Positions 8,010 through 16,991 of a stretch of 64,000 nt of DNA are shown one piece after another; position 1 is the stretch's first letter; every line of letters begins with the position of its first letter. This stretch comes from Dehalococcoidia bacterium (GTDB taxonomy: Bacteria > Chloroflexota > Dehalococcoidia > DSTF01 > RBG-16-68-14). Both the position numbers and the translations under genes were made by a program. The notes below the pieces were generated by a model. The model saw only the letters and a program-made list of their open reading frames with translations. It searched no databases and was not told the origin of the DNA. The stretch lies in NCBI GenBank assembly GCA_040882355.1, contig JBBEBM010000004.1, forward strand, positions 112,482 to 176,481. Reading direction: 5' to 3'.

Positions 8010-9191
8010 CTAGCTCACCGCGACTGCGGGCTCGGATGCCGGTGGCGCAGCGGGCGCTCTCGCCCAGATGACGAAAAGTCCCGCGTACCAGGCCGGCTCA
8101 GGCTCGTCCGGAAGATTGGTGTAGGCCACGCAGTACGTCCCGTCGATGCCGGTGAAGTCGAAGCGGAGCATCGCGCAGTCCGAGCAGACCCAGCCTGTGG
8201 AGGGTCGGTCGCGGAGCGCCGCGTGCCGATCAGCGTCGTCGCTCTCAGGCGAGTACGGCACCCAGGCACAATCGATGTTCTCGAACACACGAAAACGAAG
8301 TCCGCGGTCGCCGTTGCGCGACGCGCGGACGAAGGGCCCGGCGATCCACTGAGGCCACGGAGTGGTCGGCGCATGAGGGTACAGCAGCCAGCGCCTTCCC
8401 TCTGTGTCTGTGCACTCCAGCTTCATGAGAGGGGCGTCTTTGTGCGACCAGGCTCCGGTGAGCGCGCCGCCCGCCGGCACGTGATCCGCCTTTCGCCACT
8501 CTGCTTCGGCGTCGTCGCCGCTGAGCTGCTTCCAGCGGTTGAGCGGCAAGTAGAAGCCCGGCGCGAGCCGCACCTCGCGTTCTCCACGACGCCGAGCACT
8601 CCAGCGCAGCGCGGCGTTGAGAGGAATACATGCCAGGAGCGCTATCAGGAAGGTCGGGAACACGAGAGATAGGAGGCGCGAGAGCATGGTGCTGCCCATG
8701 GCCTGGAACGCAACGACGAGGGCGATCAGCACCGCACCGAGCAGGATCATGATCGCGGCGGCTACGGCGTTGTGGAGCAGGAAGCCGGTGCTCAGTTGGC
8801 CATGCTCATTCCGGTACGCTTCAACGAATGTCCAGATGCCCAGGGGCAAGAAGAGGACCGCGGTGCTGGCGGCCGCCAACTCTGGCTCGAACATCAAGCG
8901 GCAACCTATGGTGATTCCCACCAAGGACCAGAGGAGGGCAAGGGCTACCAGGACGTTTTGCCGGGCCTGCTTCCAGACATCGCTCGCCGGCTTCGATGCG
9001 AACAACGCGAGCGTGACCAGGGTAGGCGGGCCGAGGAGGAAGATCGAGAAGGAGATGGCATCGCCCGCCTGTACTGCCGGTTCGTCTGAGGGGCGTGCTG
9101 CGAATGCGGATACGATGCCCCACACGAACGTGAGCGAGACCGGGGCAAACAACGCCGCAGCGAACAGCTTCTGAGCCTTCGTCAGCCGCAA
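8010..9191 (-). CDS. Hypothetical multi-pass membrane protein with C-terminal CxxC-containing domain (paralog 2)
   Basis: MRLTKAQ start, NAALRW, YLPLN, WVCSDCAMLRFDF, WYAGL shared with paralog 1. Confidence 0.8.
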   Translation of the reverse strand: MRLTKAQKLFAAALFAPVSLTFVWGIVSAFAARPSDEPAVQAGDAISFSIFLLGPPTLVTLALFASKPASDVWKQARQNVLVALALLWSLVGITIGCRLMFEPELAAASTAVLFLPLGIWTFVEAYRNEHGQLSTGFLLHNAVAAAIMILLGAVLIALVVAFQAMGSTMLSRLLSLVFPTFLIALLACIPLNAALRWSARRRGEREVRLAPGFYLPLNRWKQLSGDDAEAEWRKADHVPAGGALTGAWSHKDAPLMKLECTDTEGRRWLLYPHAPTTPWPQWIAGPFVRASRNGDRGLRFRVFENIDCAWVPYSPESDDADRHAALRDRPSTGWVCSDCAMLRFDFTGIDGTYCVAYTNLPDEPEPAWYAGLFVIWARAPAAPPASEPAVAVS

Positions 9192-9244
9192 CTTCGTACC
9201 TCCATGGGTATTCTCGGCAAGGCGCGCTCACTCTTGGGGCGCCC

Positions 9245-9274
9245 TTGACCCTCACCCGCGCGCCCCGTCACAAT
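9245..9274 (+). promoter_or_regulatory. Putative promoter of modE-tupABC
   Basis: TTGACC-18 nt-CACAAT, 10 nt before ATG. Confidence 0.45.
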
Positions 9275-9284
9275 CGATACCGCC

Positions 9285-9668
9285 ATGCCCGCGCGCAGCG
9301 ATGCGCCGCCTGCCGCGAAGGACGAGCGACTGGAGCTCGAGCCGCGTATCAAGCTCTGGGTGGAGAAGGACGGCCGGCTCGTGCTCAGCGACTACCGGGT
9401 GCAGCTCCTTCGCCACATCGCGGAGAGCGGCTCGCTCGCCGAGGCGGCGCAGCGGATGGGCCTCTCGTATCGACGCGCCTGGGGCAAGGTCCGCGAGATC
9501 GAACGCAACATTGGCGTGGCGCTGGTGCGAAGCGAGGCCGGCGGGGCCGGCGGCGGAGGCAGCAGGCTGACGCGCGAGGGAGAACGGCTGGTGGCCCTCT
9601 ACCAGCGCTTTCAGCGCAAGATGGAGACGGACCTGGGAAGGGAGTTCAAGGAGGTGTTCGATGGGTAG
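9285..9668 (+). CDS. modE: ModE-family winged-helix regulator (N-terminal domain only)
   Basis: GSLAEAAQRMGLSYRRAW, GGAGGGGSRLT; no TOBE domains. Confidence 0.85.
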   Translation: MPARSDAPPAAKDERLELEPRIKLWVEKDGRLVLSDYRVQLLRHIAESGSLAEAAQRMGLSYRRAWGKVREIERNIGVALVRSEAGGAGGGGSRLTREGERLVALYQRFQRKMETDLGREFKEVFDG

Positions 9669-9678
9669 CTTTTCGTTT

Positions 9679-9712
9679 GCCATCGATATGCTAGCAAAGG
9701 CATATCGATGGC
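9679..9712. promoter_or_regulatory. ModE-box-like operator
   Basis: 13-bp perfect inverted repeat gccatcgatatgc-N8-gcatatcgatggc; inner 24-mer matches CGN-TATATA-N6-TATATA-NCG geometry. Confidence 0.65.
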
Positions 9713-10554
9713 CGGGTAGGGTCGCGGTCGGCCTGATCGCGGTCGTCGCACTGCTGCTGGCGGCGGGCTGCGGAGGCGGCGGCAGCGAGCTGATCCTGGC
9801 GACGACGACGAGCACGCAGGACAGCGGTCTGCTCGACGTGCTGGTGCCCTCGTTCGAGGACGGCAACGACTACAACGTGAAGGTGATCGCCGTCGGCAGC
9901 GGCCAGGCGATCGAGATGGGTGAGCGCGGCGACGCGGACGTGCTGCTGGTGCACGCGCCGTCGGCCGAAGAGGAGTTCGTCGATGCCGGGCACGGCACGA
10001 ACCGCCAGCTCGTCATGCACAACGACTTCATTATCGTCGGGCCGGCGGACGACCCGGCCGGTGTCGCTGACGCCGCCGACGCGACCGCTGCGATGCAGGC
10101 GATCGCCGCCGCCGCGGCGCCGTTCGTCAGCCGCGGCGACGACTCCGGCACGCACACGCGCGAGCTTTCCGTGTGGGAGGCCGCGGGCATCGACCCGGTT
10201 GGCGAATCTTGGTACGACGAGTCGGGCCAGGGGATGGGCGCGACGCTCCAGATCGCCGGCCAGACGGCCGCCTACACCATCTCCGACCGCGCGACCTACC
10301 TCTCGCAGCAGGACAATCTCGACCTGGAGCTGCTCTTCGAGGACGATCCCAAGCTGCTCAACATCTATCATGTGATGCAGGTGAACCCGGACGAGTTCGA
10401 CGACCTGAACTCCGAAGGCGCGGAGGCGTTCGTCGCGTTCATGATCGGCGACGACGCTCAACAGATGATCGGCGAGTTCGGCGTCGAAGAGTTCGGCGAG
10501 CCGCTCTTCGTGCCGGACGCGGGAAAATCGGAAGATGATCTGACGGGTCGGTAG
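9688..10554 (+). CDS. tupA: Tungstate ABC transporter substrate-binding lipoprotein
   Basis: LATTTSTQDSGLL, GSGQA, SRGDDSGTH; lipobox LAAGC; start uncertain (9661 or 9688). Confidence 0.92.
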   Translation: MLAKAYRWPGRVAVGLIAVVALLLAAGCGGGGSELILATTTSTQDSGLLDVLVPSFEDGNDYNVKVIAVGSGQAIEMGERGDADVLLVHAPSAEEEFVDAGHGTNRQLVMHNDFIIVGPADDPAGVADAADATAAMQAIAAAAAPFVSRGDDSGTHTRELSVWEAAGIDPVGESWYDESGQGMGATLQIAGQTAAYTISDRATYLSQQDNLDLELLFEDDPKLLNIYHVMQVNPDEFDDLNSEGAEAFVAFMIGDDAQQMIGEFGVEEFGEPLFVPDAGKSEDDLTGR

Positions 10555-10565
10555 CTCGTTCGACC

Positions 10566-10626
10566 GTAGCTGCAGACCTTTAGGTCTGCCGGTGCCAACT
10601 GGCAGCGTGAAAGGCTAGTCGCTACG
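10566..10626. repeat. REP-like GTAG palindrome doublet
   Basis: GTAGctgcagacctttaggtctgc ... ggcagcgtgaaaggctagtcgCTAC. Confidence 0.6.
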
Positions 10627-10657
10627 AGGCGCCATTGCGAGTCTAGAGGAGGGCGAC

Positions 10658-11356
10658 GTGGACCTGATCTGGGACGGCCTGCGCGAGGCGTTTCGCATCC
10701 TGGGCACGGGTGACCGCGACGTCTGGCGAACGGCGCTGCGCTCGCTGCTCATCTCCGGCTCCGCGACGGTGATCGCCCTCGTCATCGGCATCGTCGCCGG
10801 GGCAGCGCTCGCCTTCGGGCGGTTCCCTGGGCGGAACTTGACCGTGACGCTGGTGAACACGGGAATGGGCCTGCCGCCCGTCGTCGTCGGGCTGATGGTG
10901 GCGATCCTGTTCTGGCGCAGCGGTCCGTTCGGCGCGCTCCACCTGATCTACACGCCGGCGGCGATGGTGATCGCGCAGACGGTGATCGCCGCACCGCTGG
11001 TGACGGGCTTTACCGTCGCCGCGCTGGGGGCGCTGCCACCCCGGTTGCGGCCGCAGCTTTACGCGCTGGGGGCGTCGCGTCTGCAGATGCTCTGGCTGGT
11101 GCTGCTGGAGGCGCGGCTGCCGCTGCTCGCCGCAATCATGGCCGGCTTCGGCGCGGCCGTCTCCGAGGTGGGGGCGTCGCTGATGGTGGGCGGCAACCTC
11201 GCGGGCGAGACGCGCGTGCTCACGACCTCCGTCGTGCTGGAAGTGCAGCGCGGCGACTTCGACACGGCGATCGCGCTCTCGATCATCCTGCTCGTGATGA
11301 TCTTCGCGGTGAACCTCGTCCTGACGAGCGTCCAGCAGCGACAGCGCCCCCAATGA
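10658..11356 (+). CDS. tupB: Tungstate ABC transporter permease
   Basis: NTGMGLPPVVVGL, GFGAAVSEVGA, GETRVLTT; GGAGGG RBS. Confidence 0.92.
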   Translation: MDLIWDGLREAFRILGTGDRDVWRTALRSLLISGSATVIALVIGIVAGAALAFGRFPGRNLTVTLVNTGMGLPPVVVGLMVAILFWRSGPFGALHLIYTPAAMVIAQTVIAAPLVTGFTVAALGALPPRLRPQLYALGASRLQMLWLVLLEARLPLLAAIMAGFGAAVSEVGASLMVGGNLAGETRVLTTSVVLEVQRGDFDTAIALSIILLVMIFAVNLVLTSVQQRQRPQ

Positions 11357-12444
11357 CCGCGAAGCTCTCGCTGCGCGACGTCGTCGTGCGACGAGGGGGC
11401 GCGGAGCTGCTGCGCGTGCCCGAGCTGGACGTCGTGGAGGGCGAGGTGCTCGCCCTGCTCGGCCCGAACGGCGCGGGAAAGAGCACGCTGCTCCAGGTGC
11501 TGGCGCTGCTCGAACGCCCGAGCGAGGGCGCCGTCCGTTTCGAGGGCGAGCCTGTCGCCGGACGAGACCTGGCCTTGCGCCGGCGGATGGCGGTCGTCTT
11601 TCAGGAGTCGTTGCTGCTCGACAAGTCGGTCGAGTCGAACGTCGCGCTGGGCCTGGCGCTGCGCGGCGTCGGCCGGCGCGAGCGGATCGAGCGCGCGCGG
11701 CGCTGGCTCGCCCGCTTCGGCATCGAAGCGCTCGCGCGGCGTTCGGCCCGCAGCATCTCGGGCGGCGAGGCGCAGCGGGCGTCGCTCGCCCGCGCGTTCG
11801 TGCTGGAGCCGGAGGTGCTGCTGCTGGACGAGCCATTCAGCGCGCTCGACCAACCGACGCGCGAGGCGCTCGTCGACGAGCTGGCGACCGTGCTGCGCGA
11901 GACCGGCATCACCAGCGTCTTCGTCACGCACGACCGCGACGAGGCGGCGCGGCTCGCGCATCGCGTGGCGGTGCTGGCGGGCGGACGGTTGCGCCAGGTC
12001 GGGCCCGCGGCGGAGGTCTTCGCCGCGCCGGCCGACGAGACCGTCGCCGCCTACGTAGGTGTCGAGACGGTCGCGCCGGGCCGTGTCATCGAATCGAGCG
12101 AGGGGCTCGTGGCGCTCCAGGTGGGCGACGCGCGGGTCGAGGCGGCGTCGAACAGCTTCACGGCGAGCGAGGCGCTCGTCTGCCTGCGACCGGAGGACGT
12201 GGTGCTGTCGCCGGGGCACGGCATCGTCGCGGACAGCGCACGGAACCACCTGCGCGGCGTCGTCCGCCGCGTCACACCCGCGGGCGGCGAGGTGCGCGTC
12301 GAGGTGGACTGCGGCTTCCCGCTGATCGCGAGCATCACGCGCCGGTCGCTGGAGGAGTTGGGCCTGGACGCCGGCTCGGCCGTCACGGCCTCGTTCAAGG
12401 CGACGGCGGTGCACCTGATCCCGCGGGGCCCTTCGTCACCCTGA
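11353..12444 (+). CDS. tupC: Tungstate/molybdate ABC transporter ATPase with TOBE domain
   Basis: GPNGAGKST, ISGGEAQR, LLLDEP, SARN...FKATAVH TOBE motif. Confidence 0.9.
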   Translation: MTAKLSLRDVVVRRGGAELLRVPELDVVEGEVLALLGPNGAGKSTLLQVLALLERPSEGAVRFEGEPVAGRDLALRRRMAVVFQESLLLDKSVESNVALGLALRGVGRRERIERARRWLARFGIEALARRSARSISGGEAQRASLARAFVLEPEVLLLDEPFSALDQPTREALVDELATVLRETGITSVFVTHDRDEAARLAHRVAVLAGGRLRQVGPAAEVFAAPADETVAAYVGVETVAPGRVIESSEGLVALQVGDARVEAASNSFTASEALVCLRPEDVVLSPGHGIVADSARNHLRGVVRRVTPAGGEVRVEVDCGFPLIASITRRSLEELGLDAGSAVTASFKATAVHLIPRGPSSP

Positions 12445-12552
12445 GCGCAGCGAAGGGTCTCGCTACTAGATGCCAAAACGCTGCATCCCGGTCAGAGACC
12501 AGGGGATGCCTCTCGCTCAGACGCGAGATTCTTTGCTTCGTTCAGAATGACA
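12435..12552. repeat. Palindromic extragenic repeat (gtcaccctgagcgcagcgaagggtct / agattc...cagaatgaca type)
   Basis: Imperfect inverted pair between convergent genes; related cores at 15207 and 24384. Confidence 0.6.
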
Positions 12553-12560
12553 GAGGTGGT

Positions 12561-13076
12561 CTAGCCCTGTAACCCGAGGATGTTCACGAGCACGCGGCGC
12601 TCGCGCGGGCGGTCGAGCTCAATCAGGAAGATGCGCTGCCACTGGCCCAGGGCGAGCCGTCCGTCCAGGATCGGGATCGTCTCGCTCGTGCTGAGGAAGA
12701 GGTGCTGGCAGTGGGCGTGGCCATTCGCGCACTCGTCTTCGTCCATGTTCACGGTGCGGCGCGTGAAATCGTTGTGGTCGTACTCGCCGTTCTGAGGCGC
12801 GATCTCGTGCAGGCGGCGCGCCATGTCGTCGAGAAGCAGCGGCTCGTTCTCGTTCACGCGGACGGCGGCGGTGGTGTGGTTGCTGAAGACGGTCACCTGG
12901 CCGAAGATGACCCCCGAGTCGCTCACGACGCGTTCGACGTCGTCGGTGATGTCGATGAACTCCGGCGCCGTGGTCGTCGGGACGTAGAGGGCTTCGCAAA
13001 GGACGGCGAACTGTTGTCCAAAGGAGGAAGCGACGCTCTCGCGGCGGGTGGCGACTTCAGTGAGGGTCTGTTCCAT
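12561..13076 (-). CDS. yjbQ: YjbQ/UPF0047 family protein
   Basis: HTTAAVRVNENEP, NGHAH, LGQWQRIFLIELD; GGGAGGAG RBS. Confidence 0.9.
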   Translation of the reverse strand: MEQTLTEVATRRESVASSFGQQFAVLCEALYVPTTTAPEFIDITDDVERVVSDSGVIFGQVTVFSNHTTAAVRVNENEPLLLDDMARRLHEIAPQNGEYDHNDFTRRTVNMDEDECANGHAHCQHLFLSTSETIPILDGRLALGQWQRIFLIELDRPRERRVLVNILGLQG

Positions 13077-13204
13077 GCGCTGTCTCACTCCTCCCAGCGT
13101 CGATTGGGGCGCCCCTCCGAGGCGCGGCTGTAGTGTATCACGTCGCTCTCCTATAACCGAGCTTACCCGTGCCTTTCGTTGACCGCAAGCGGTGGTTTGC
13201 TCAG

Positions 13205-14542
13205 TCAACGACGAGGTTCGGGCGAGGGATCGCTCAGCTTCGTGCCGGGTCCCACCCGCTCAAGCAGCGCCGTATATCCGCTCGCTGCGAGGATGGAGAG
13301 AACAGGCAGCAGGGCGAGGTGATAGCGGGCATCGCCAAAGAAGAGGACGCCAAACATGAATGACCAGAGGCCGACTGTTCCGAACAGTAACGTGTAGCCA
13401 GAGCGCGAAGACGAGGAAGGACGCAGGGCAACTGCCAGCAGGGCACCAGCCAGCACAAACCAATAGTACGCCTCAGCGATGACGCGCGCCTGGCCGAACG
13501 AGGGCGGACCGGACCACGACGGCTCGATCAGCAACCGTCCATAGGCAGTCCATACGGGGTCGTACGCGTACAGCCGCCGGAGCTTTGCGGGCGTTCGACC
13601 TAGGTCGGCGAGAGGGTTCGACATGAAGTCGTCCACTGCTCTCCGCATGGCGGCGCGGTCGATCTCCAGAGAGCGTTCCGGCTCTGGCAGGTCTCGGTAG
13701 CCGGACGCAAGGTCGTAGTAGGGGTTGAGGTCGCCGGTGCCTCGGCCGACGAAGAAAGATACCCCGGTTCTGGTCGTGAGAAACACAGGAGCGTCAAACG
13801 CCAGCGTGTTGCGGGCCGCCCACGGGACCACGAATACCGCCATACCGCAGACGACGAAGGCAACCAGCCGGCACGTTACTCTCCAGGACAGGCCGCGAGC
13901 AAGCAGTAGCGCGAAGATTAAGGTGGGAAGGAGGAGCGCCTCGGTCCGGATCAGCGTGGCGGCGCCCACCATCAGCCCTAGGACAAACGCTCTCCAGCCA
14001 AGGACGTTGCCGCTCGCGACGAAAAGGATGAAGGCAAGAACGAAGGCGAACATCACCTCCGTGAGCAGGACGGCTGACCACAAGATGTGAACCGGGAAGA
14101 GCGCCAGGATCAGGCCGGCCCCGAGCCCCACCCTGGTATCGAAAAGGCGCGCGCCCAGCAGGAAGGTCACCACGCAGGTGGCGGAGGCCACAACGGCGCT
14201 AAAGATTTGCGCTGATAGCACGTTCGGGCCGGAGAGCAAGTAGAAGACGCTCAGGATAGCCGGCCAGCCCAGCGGAGCGCGCGCGGTCGGAGCACCCGCC
14301 GGGTCCACGTAGCCATCGCCCTGAGCCAGGGAGCGCGCCGTGAACATGTAGTAGCTCATGTCGTCGCGCGGCGCCTCCGTGGCTTCCTGCGGGTGCTCAT
14401 AAATGTCGTTCCAGACTCCGGCCACGTCAGGACTGACCACCCAGGCGAGTCGAGGCGCGAGAGCGAGAAGGAAGACCAGGGTCGCCAGCAGAACGGGCGC
14501 GCGCGTTGCTGCTACCCGGGCAGAGGACCAGAGACGGGCCAT
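13205..14542 (-). CDS. GT-C fold membrane glycosyltransferase (ArnT/PMT, GT39/83-like)
   Basis: DDMSYY acidic loop, LLTEVMF, PWAARN, ARYHLALLP, many TM segments. Confidence 0.8.
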   Translation of the reverse strand: MARLWSSARVAATRAPVLLATLVFLLALAPRLAWVVSPDVAGVWNDIYEHPQEATEAPRDDMSYYMFTARSLAQGDGYVDPAGAPTARAPLGWPAILSVFYLLSGPNVLSAQIFSAVVASATCVVTFLLGARLFDTRVGLGAGLILALFPVHILWSAVLLTEVMFAFVLAFILFVASGNVLGWRAFVLGLMVGAATLIRTEALLLPTLIFALLLARGLSWRVTCRLVAFVVCGMAVFVVPWAARNTLAFDAPVFLTTRTGVSFFVGRGTGDLNPYYDLASGYRDLPEPERSLEIDRAAMRRAVDDFMSNPLADLGRTPAKLRRLYAYDPVWTAYGRLLIEPSWSGPPSFGQARVIAEAYYWFVLAGALLAVALRPSSSSRSGYTLLFGTVGLWSFMFGVLFFGDARYHLALLPVLSILAASGYTALLERVGPGTKLSDPSPEPRR

Positions 14543-14710
14543 ACGACGCTACAGACCAGCGCGGACGCGACCTGCCATGTGCCCCCTTTTCCGCTCAGAC
14601 TGATTACCCTGAGCAGCTTGCAGTCGTAAGACCTTAGCAGATGGCAGCAACTCTTGCCACGTCGCCTAGATACGTCATCTCGGCCAGCGGGTCCGGGCGC
14701 GATCCAGCGC

Positions 14711-15103
14711 CTACAGCGGCTGGCGCCCCGCGAAGCCCGTGTCCAGCTCGTGCCAGTAGCCGATGCCTTCCTCGCCCAGCTTCCAGCAGAGGTAGACGGT
14801 GCGCCCGTCGCGCTCCGATTGGAAGTCGATCAGCCCCTCTTCGAGGCCCTTCAGCTCGCAGCCGATCTCGTTCAGCTCGGCCAGCAGCTCGTTCAGGCGT
14901 TCGACGAGGCGCTGCGCGTCGTCCTTCTTGCGCTTGACCTCCGGCTCCAGGACGTGGCCGTTGCCCGCGGACGAGGCCGTCAGCTCGTCGAGCTGCTCGC
15001 GCAGGGCGTCGACGGCAGGCTTCGCGGCCTGCATCTCGACGAGCATTTCGCTGAGGCGTGGCAGGAGGGCGGTCGCTTCCTCGATGGTGAAGAGGCGGGG
15101 CAT
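14711..15103 (-). CDS. DUF2203 family protein
   Basis: FTIEEATALLP, KGLEEGLIDF, LCWKLGE, GFAGRQPL. Confidence 0.9.
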   Translation of the reverse strand: MPRLFTIEEATALLPRLSEMLVEMQAAKPAVDALREQLDELTASSAGNGHVLEPEVKRKKDDAQRLVERLNELLAELNEIGCELKGLEEGLIDFQSERDGRTVYLCWKLGEEGIGYWHELDTGFAGRQPL

Positions 15104-15140
15104 GGCGCGATCGGCGCCAGTGTAGCAGAGAACCCGCCGG

Positions 15141-15393
15141 GCCACAGACGTTCACAGATTGACACAGGTGGTTAGGAAGGCCCGACGCCGTAGGGGCGAG
15201 AGCCTGCCCTGAGCGAAGTCGAAGGGTCCGGTCACCCTGGGCGACTGTAGGGGCGACCATCTGGTCGCCCTGGGCGACGCAGTCGCCGCAACTGCGCGCG
15301 ACCCCGCGGTCAACGCCTTCCAGCGCGCGGCCGGCTTCCACGGAGCGGCCATGATCCGTGTTGCATCTGTGCCAATCTGTGTGCATCTGTGGC
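15141..15393. repeat. Nested composite of REP-like elements
   Basis: Outer inverted ccacagat-type decamer runs; inner GTAGGGGCGA REPs at 15190 and 15247; ccctgagcgaagtcgaaggg inserted in the first REP. Confidence 0.7.
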
Positions 15394-15425
15394 TGATATC
15401 CGGCGTCTGCTACCATGCAATCGTT

Positions 15426-16100
15426 ATGTCTGAAGCCCCCGTAACCGAGCTGATGGTGCGCGGCATCGTCGTCGGCGTGTTCGCCGAAAACTGCTGGGTG
15501 ATCGGGTCGCGGCGCAGCGGCGAGGGCATCGTCGTCGACCCGGGCGACCAGCCGGAGGAGATCCTGGCGCTGGCGAAAGACATGGGCGTGAACGTCAAGC
15601 TGATCGTCAACTCGCACGCGCACATCGACCACATCCTGGGCGTGCGTGGTGTGCAGCAGGCGACGAACGCGAAGTTCCTCCTCCACCCGGGCGATCTGGA
15701 GATCGCGCGGACCGGGCATCTGGCGGCCGCGCGCATGCTCGGGCGCGACGTCGAGCCGCCGCCCGACCCGGACGCCGGGCTCTCGGACGGCGATGAGGTG
15801 GCGGTGGACGGCCTGAAGCTGACGGTGATCCACACGCCGGGCCATACGCCGGGCAGCGTCTCGTTCTACACGGAAGGCCTGCTCTTCAGCGGCGACACGC
15901 TCTTCCGAGGCTCGATAGGCCGTACCGACCTGCCCGGCGGCGACTACCGGCAGGAGATGGCGAGCATCGTCGACAAGCTGCTCGCGCTGCCCGACGACAC
16001 CGTCGTCCTGCCCGGCCACATGGAGGAGACGCGCATCGGCCAGGAGCGCGCGGCCAACCCCTTCGTCCTGGAGGAGCTCGAGCGCCGGCGGGCCGAGTGA
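15426..16100 (+). CDS. MBL-fold metallo-hydrolase, glyoxalase II/YcbL-like
   Basis: SHAHIDH, TPGHTPG, SGDTLF, GRTDLPGG, PGH. Confidence 0.92.
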   Translation: MSEAPVTELMVRGIVVGVFAENCWVIGSRRSGEGIVVDPGDQPEEILALAKDMGVNVKLIVNSHAHIDHILGVRGVQQATNAKFLLHPGDLEIARTGHLAAARMLGRDVEPPPDPDAGLSDGDEVAVDGLKLTVIHTPGHTPGSVSFYTEGLLFSGDTLFRGSIGRTDLPGGDYRQEMASIVDKLLALPDDTVVLPGHMEETRIGQERAANPFVLEELERRRAE

Positions 16101-16110
16101 GGAGCGTTAC

Positions 16111-16866
16111 GTGGCTGGCGGTGGATCGCTGGGGCTCGTAAGGGAAAAGCTGGACTGGGCCGGACATCACCTGAATGCTCTCGAACACGAGATCCAAGCC
16201 TTCAAAGACACGGACCCGATTCCCGTTGGCAGAGAGTTTGACCTGAAGACGACGGAGGAGGTTTGGTACGTCGATGGCGTTTCCCAAGAGCCGCCCAGGA
16301 GGCTAAGTTTCATCGCGGGAGATTTCCTCTCGAACCTCAGGGCCAGCCTGGACTACTTGGTCTGGCAACTTGTGTTGGAGAACGGGGGCACGCCGGAGCG
16401 GAGCAACGCGTTCCCTATCTGTGCCAAGCCGTCCGCTTGGGCCTCCGCCCTTAGCAGGGACAGGCTAAAGGGGACAAGCGACAAGGCGGTAACAGCGATC
16501 AAGGGGCTCCAGCCATGCTTCGGAACGAATCCGTACAGGAACCAATGGCTTCAGTGGATCGACGACCTCGCCGTAATCGATAAACACCGACACCTGCACC
16601 TGTTCACTGCTGGTACTGAGGGAGGATTCTTTCTGCCAGGAGTCCCGATGGACTCCGTGTTCGAGATCCGAAATGGCCGTGTTGAGAACGGCACGGAGTT
16701 GGCCCGCCTCGGCGGTCACCATCCCGGCGTGAATTTCGCTCCGGCAATTGGCATAGCCTTCCGGGCGGGTGGAGCAGCGAGCGATGAGTCCGTCCGAATG
16801 ACGTTCTACGCAATTCGTGAAATGGTCAAAATTATACTGGAAGAGTTCTCCGAACTCTTCTCTTAG
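16111..16866 (+). CDS. Hypothetical protein, possibly HEPN-like
   Basis: Lower GC; KLDWAGHHL, GDFLSNLRASLDYL, FPI, IDKHR pattern; GAGGAG RBS. Confidence 0.65.
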   Translation: MAGGGSLGLVREKLDWAGHHLNALEHEIQAFKDTDPIPVGREFDLKTTEEVWYVDGVSQEPPRRLSFIAGDFLSNLRASLDYLVWQLVLENGGTPERSNAFPICAKPSAWASALSRDRLKGTSDKAVTAIKGLQPCFGTNPYRNQWLQWIDDLAVIDKHRHLHLFTAGTEGGFFLPGVPMDSVFEIRNGRVENGTELARLGGHHPGVNFAPAIGIAFRAGGAASDESVRMTFYAIREMVKIILEEFSELFS

Positions 16867-16935
16867 CCCAGCATTCCCATCGAGCGGATTTTGGCCGAGC
16901 TTCGACGAAAAGGGGAGTTGGCATCGCACTGGGCC

Positions 16936-16991
16936 GCCTCCAGCGTCCAGCCTCGAACCCCGAGCTTCGAGCCGCTAGCTTCGAGCGTCTA
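16936..16991. repeat. Heptamer tandem repeat x8 (consensus GCNTCNA)
   Basis: gcctcca gcgtcca gcctcga accccga gcttcga gccgcta gcttcga gcgtcta. Confidence 0.75.

Noticed and set aside
9191-9285. Moco/Wco riboswitch before modE-tupABC
   Set aside because: Region is short and shows only promoter-like elements
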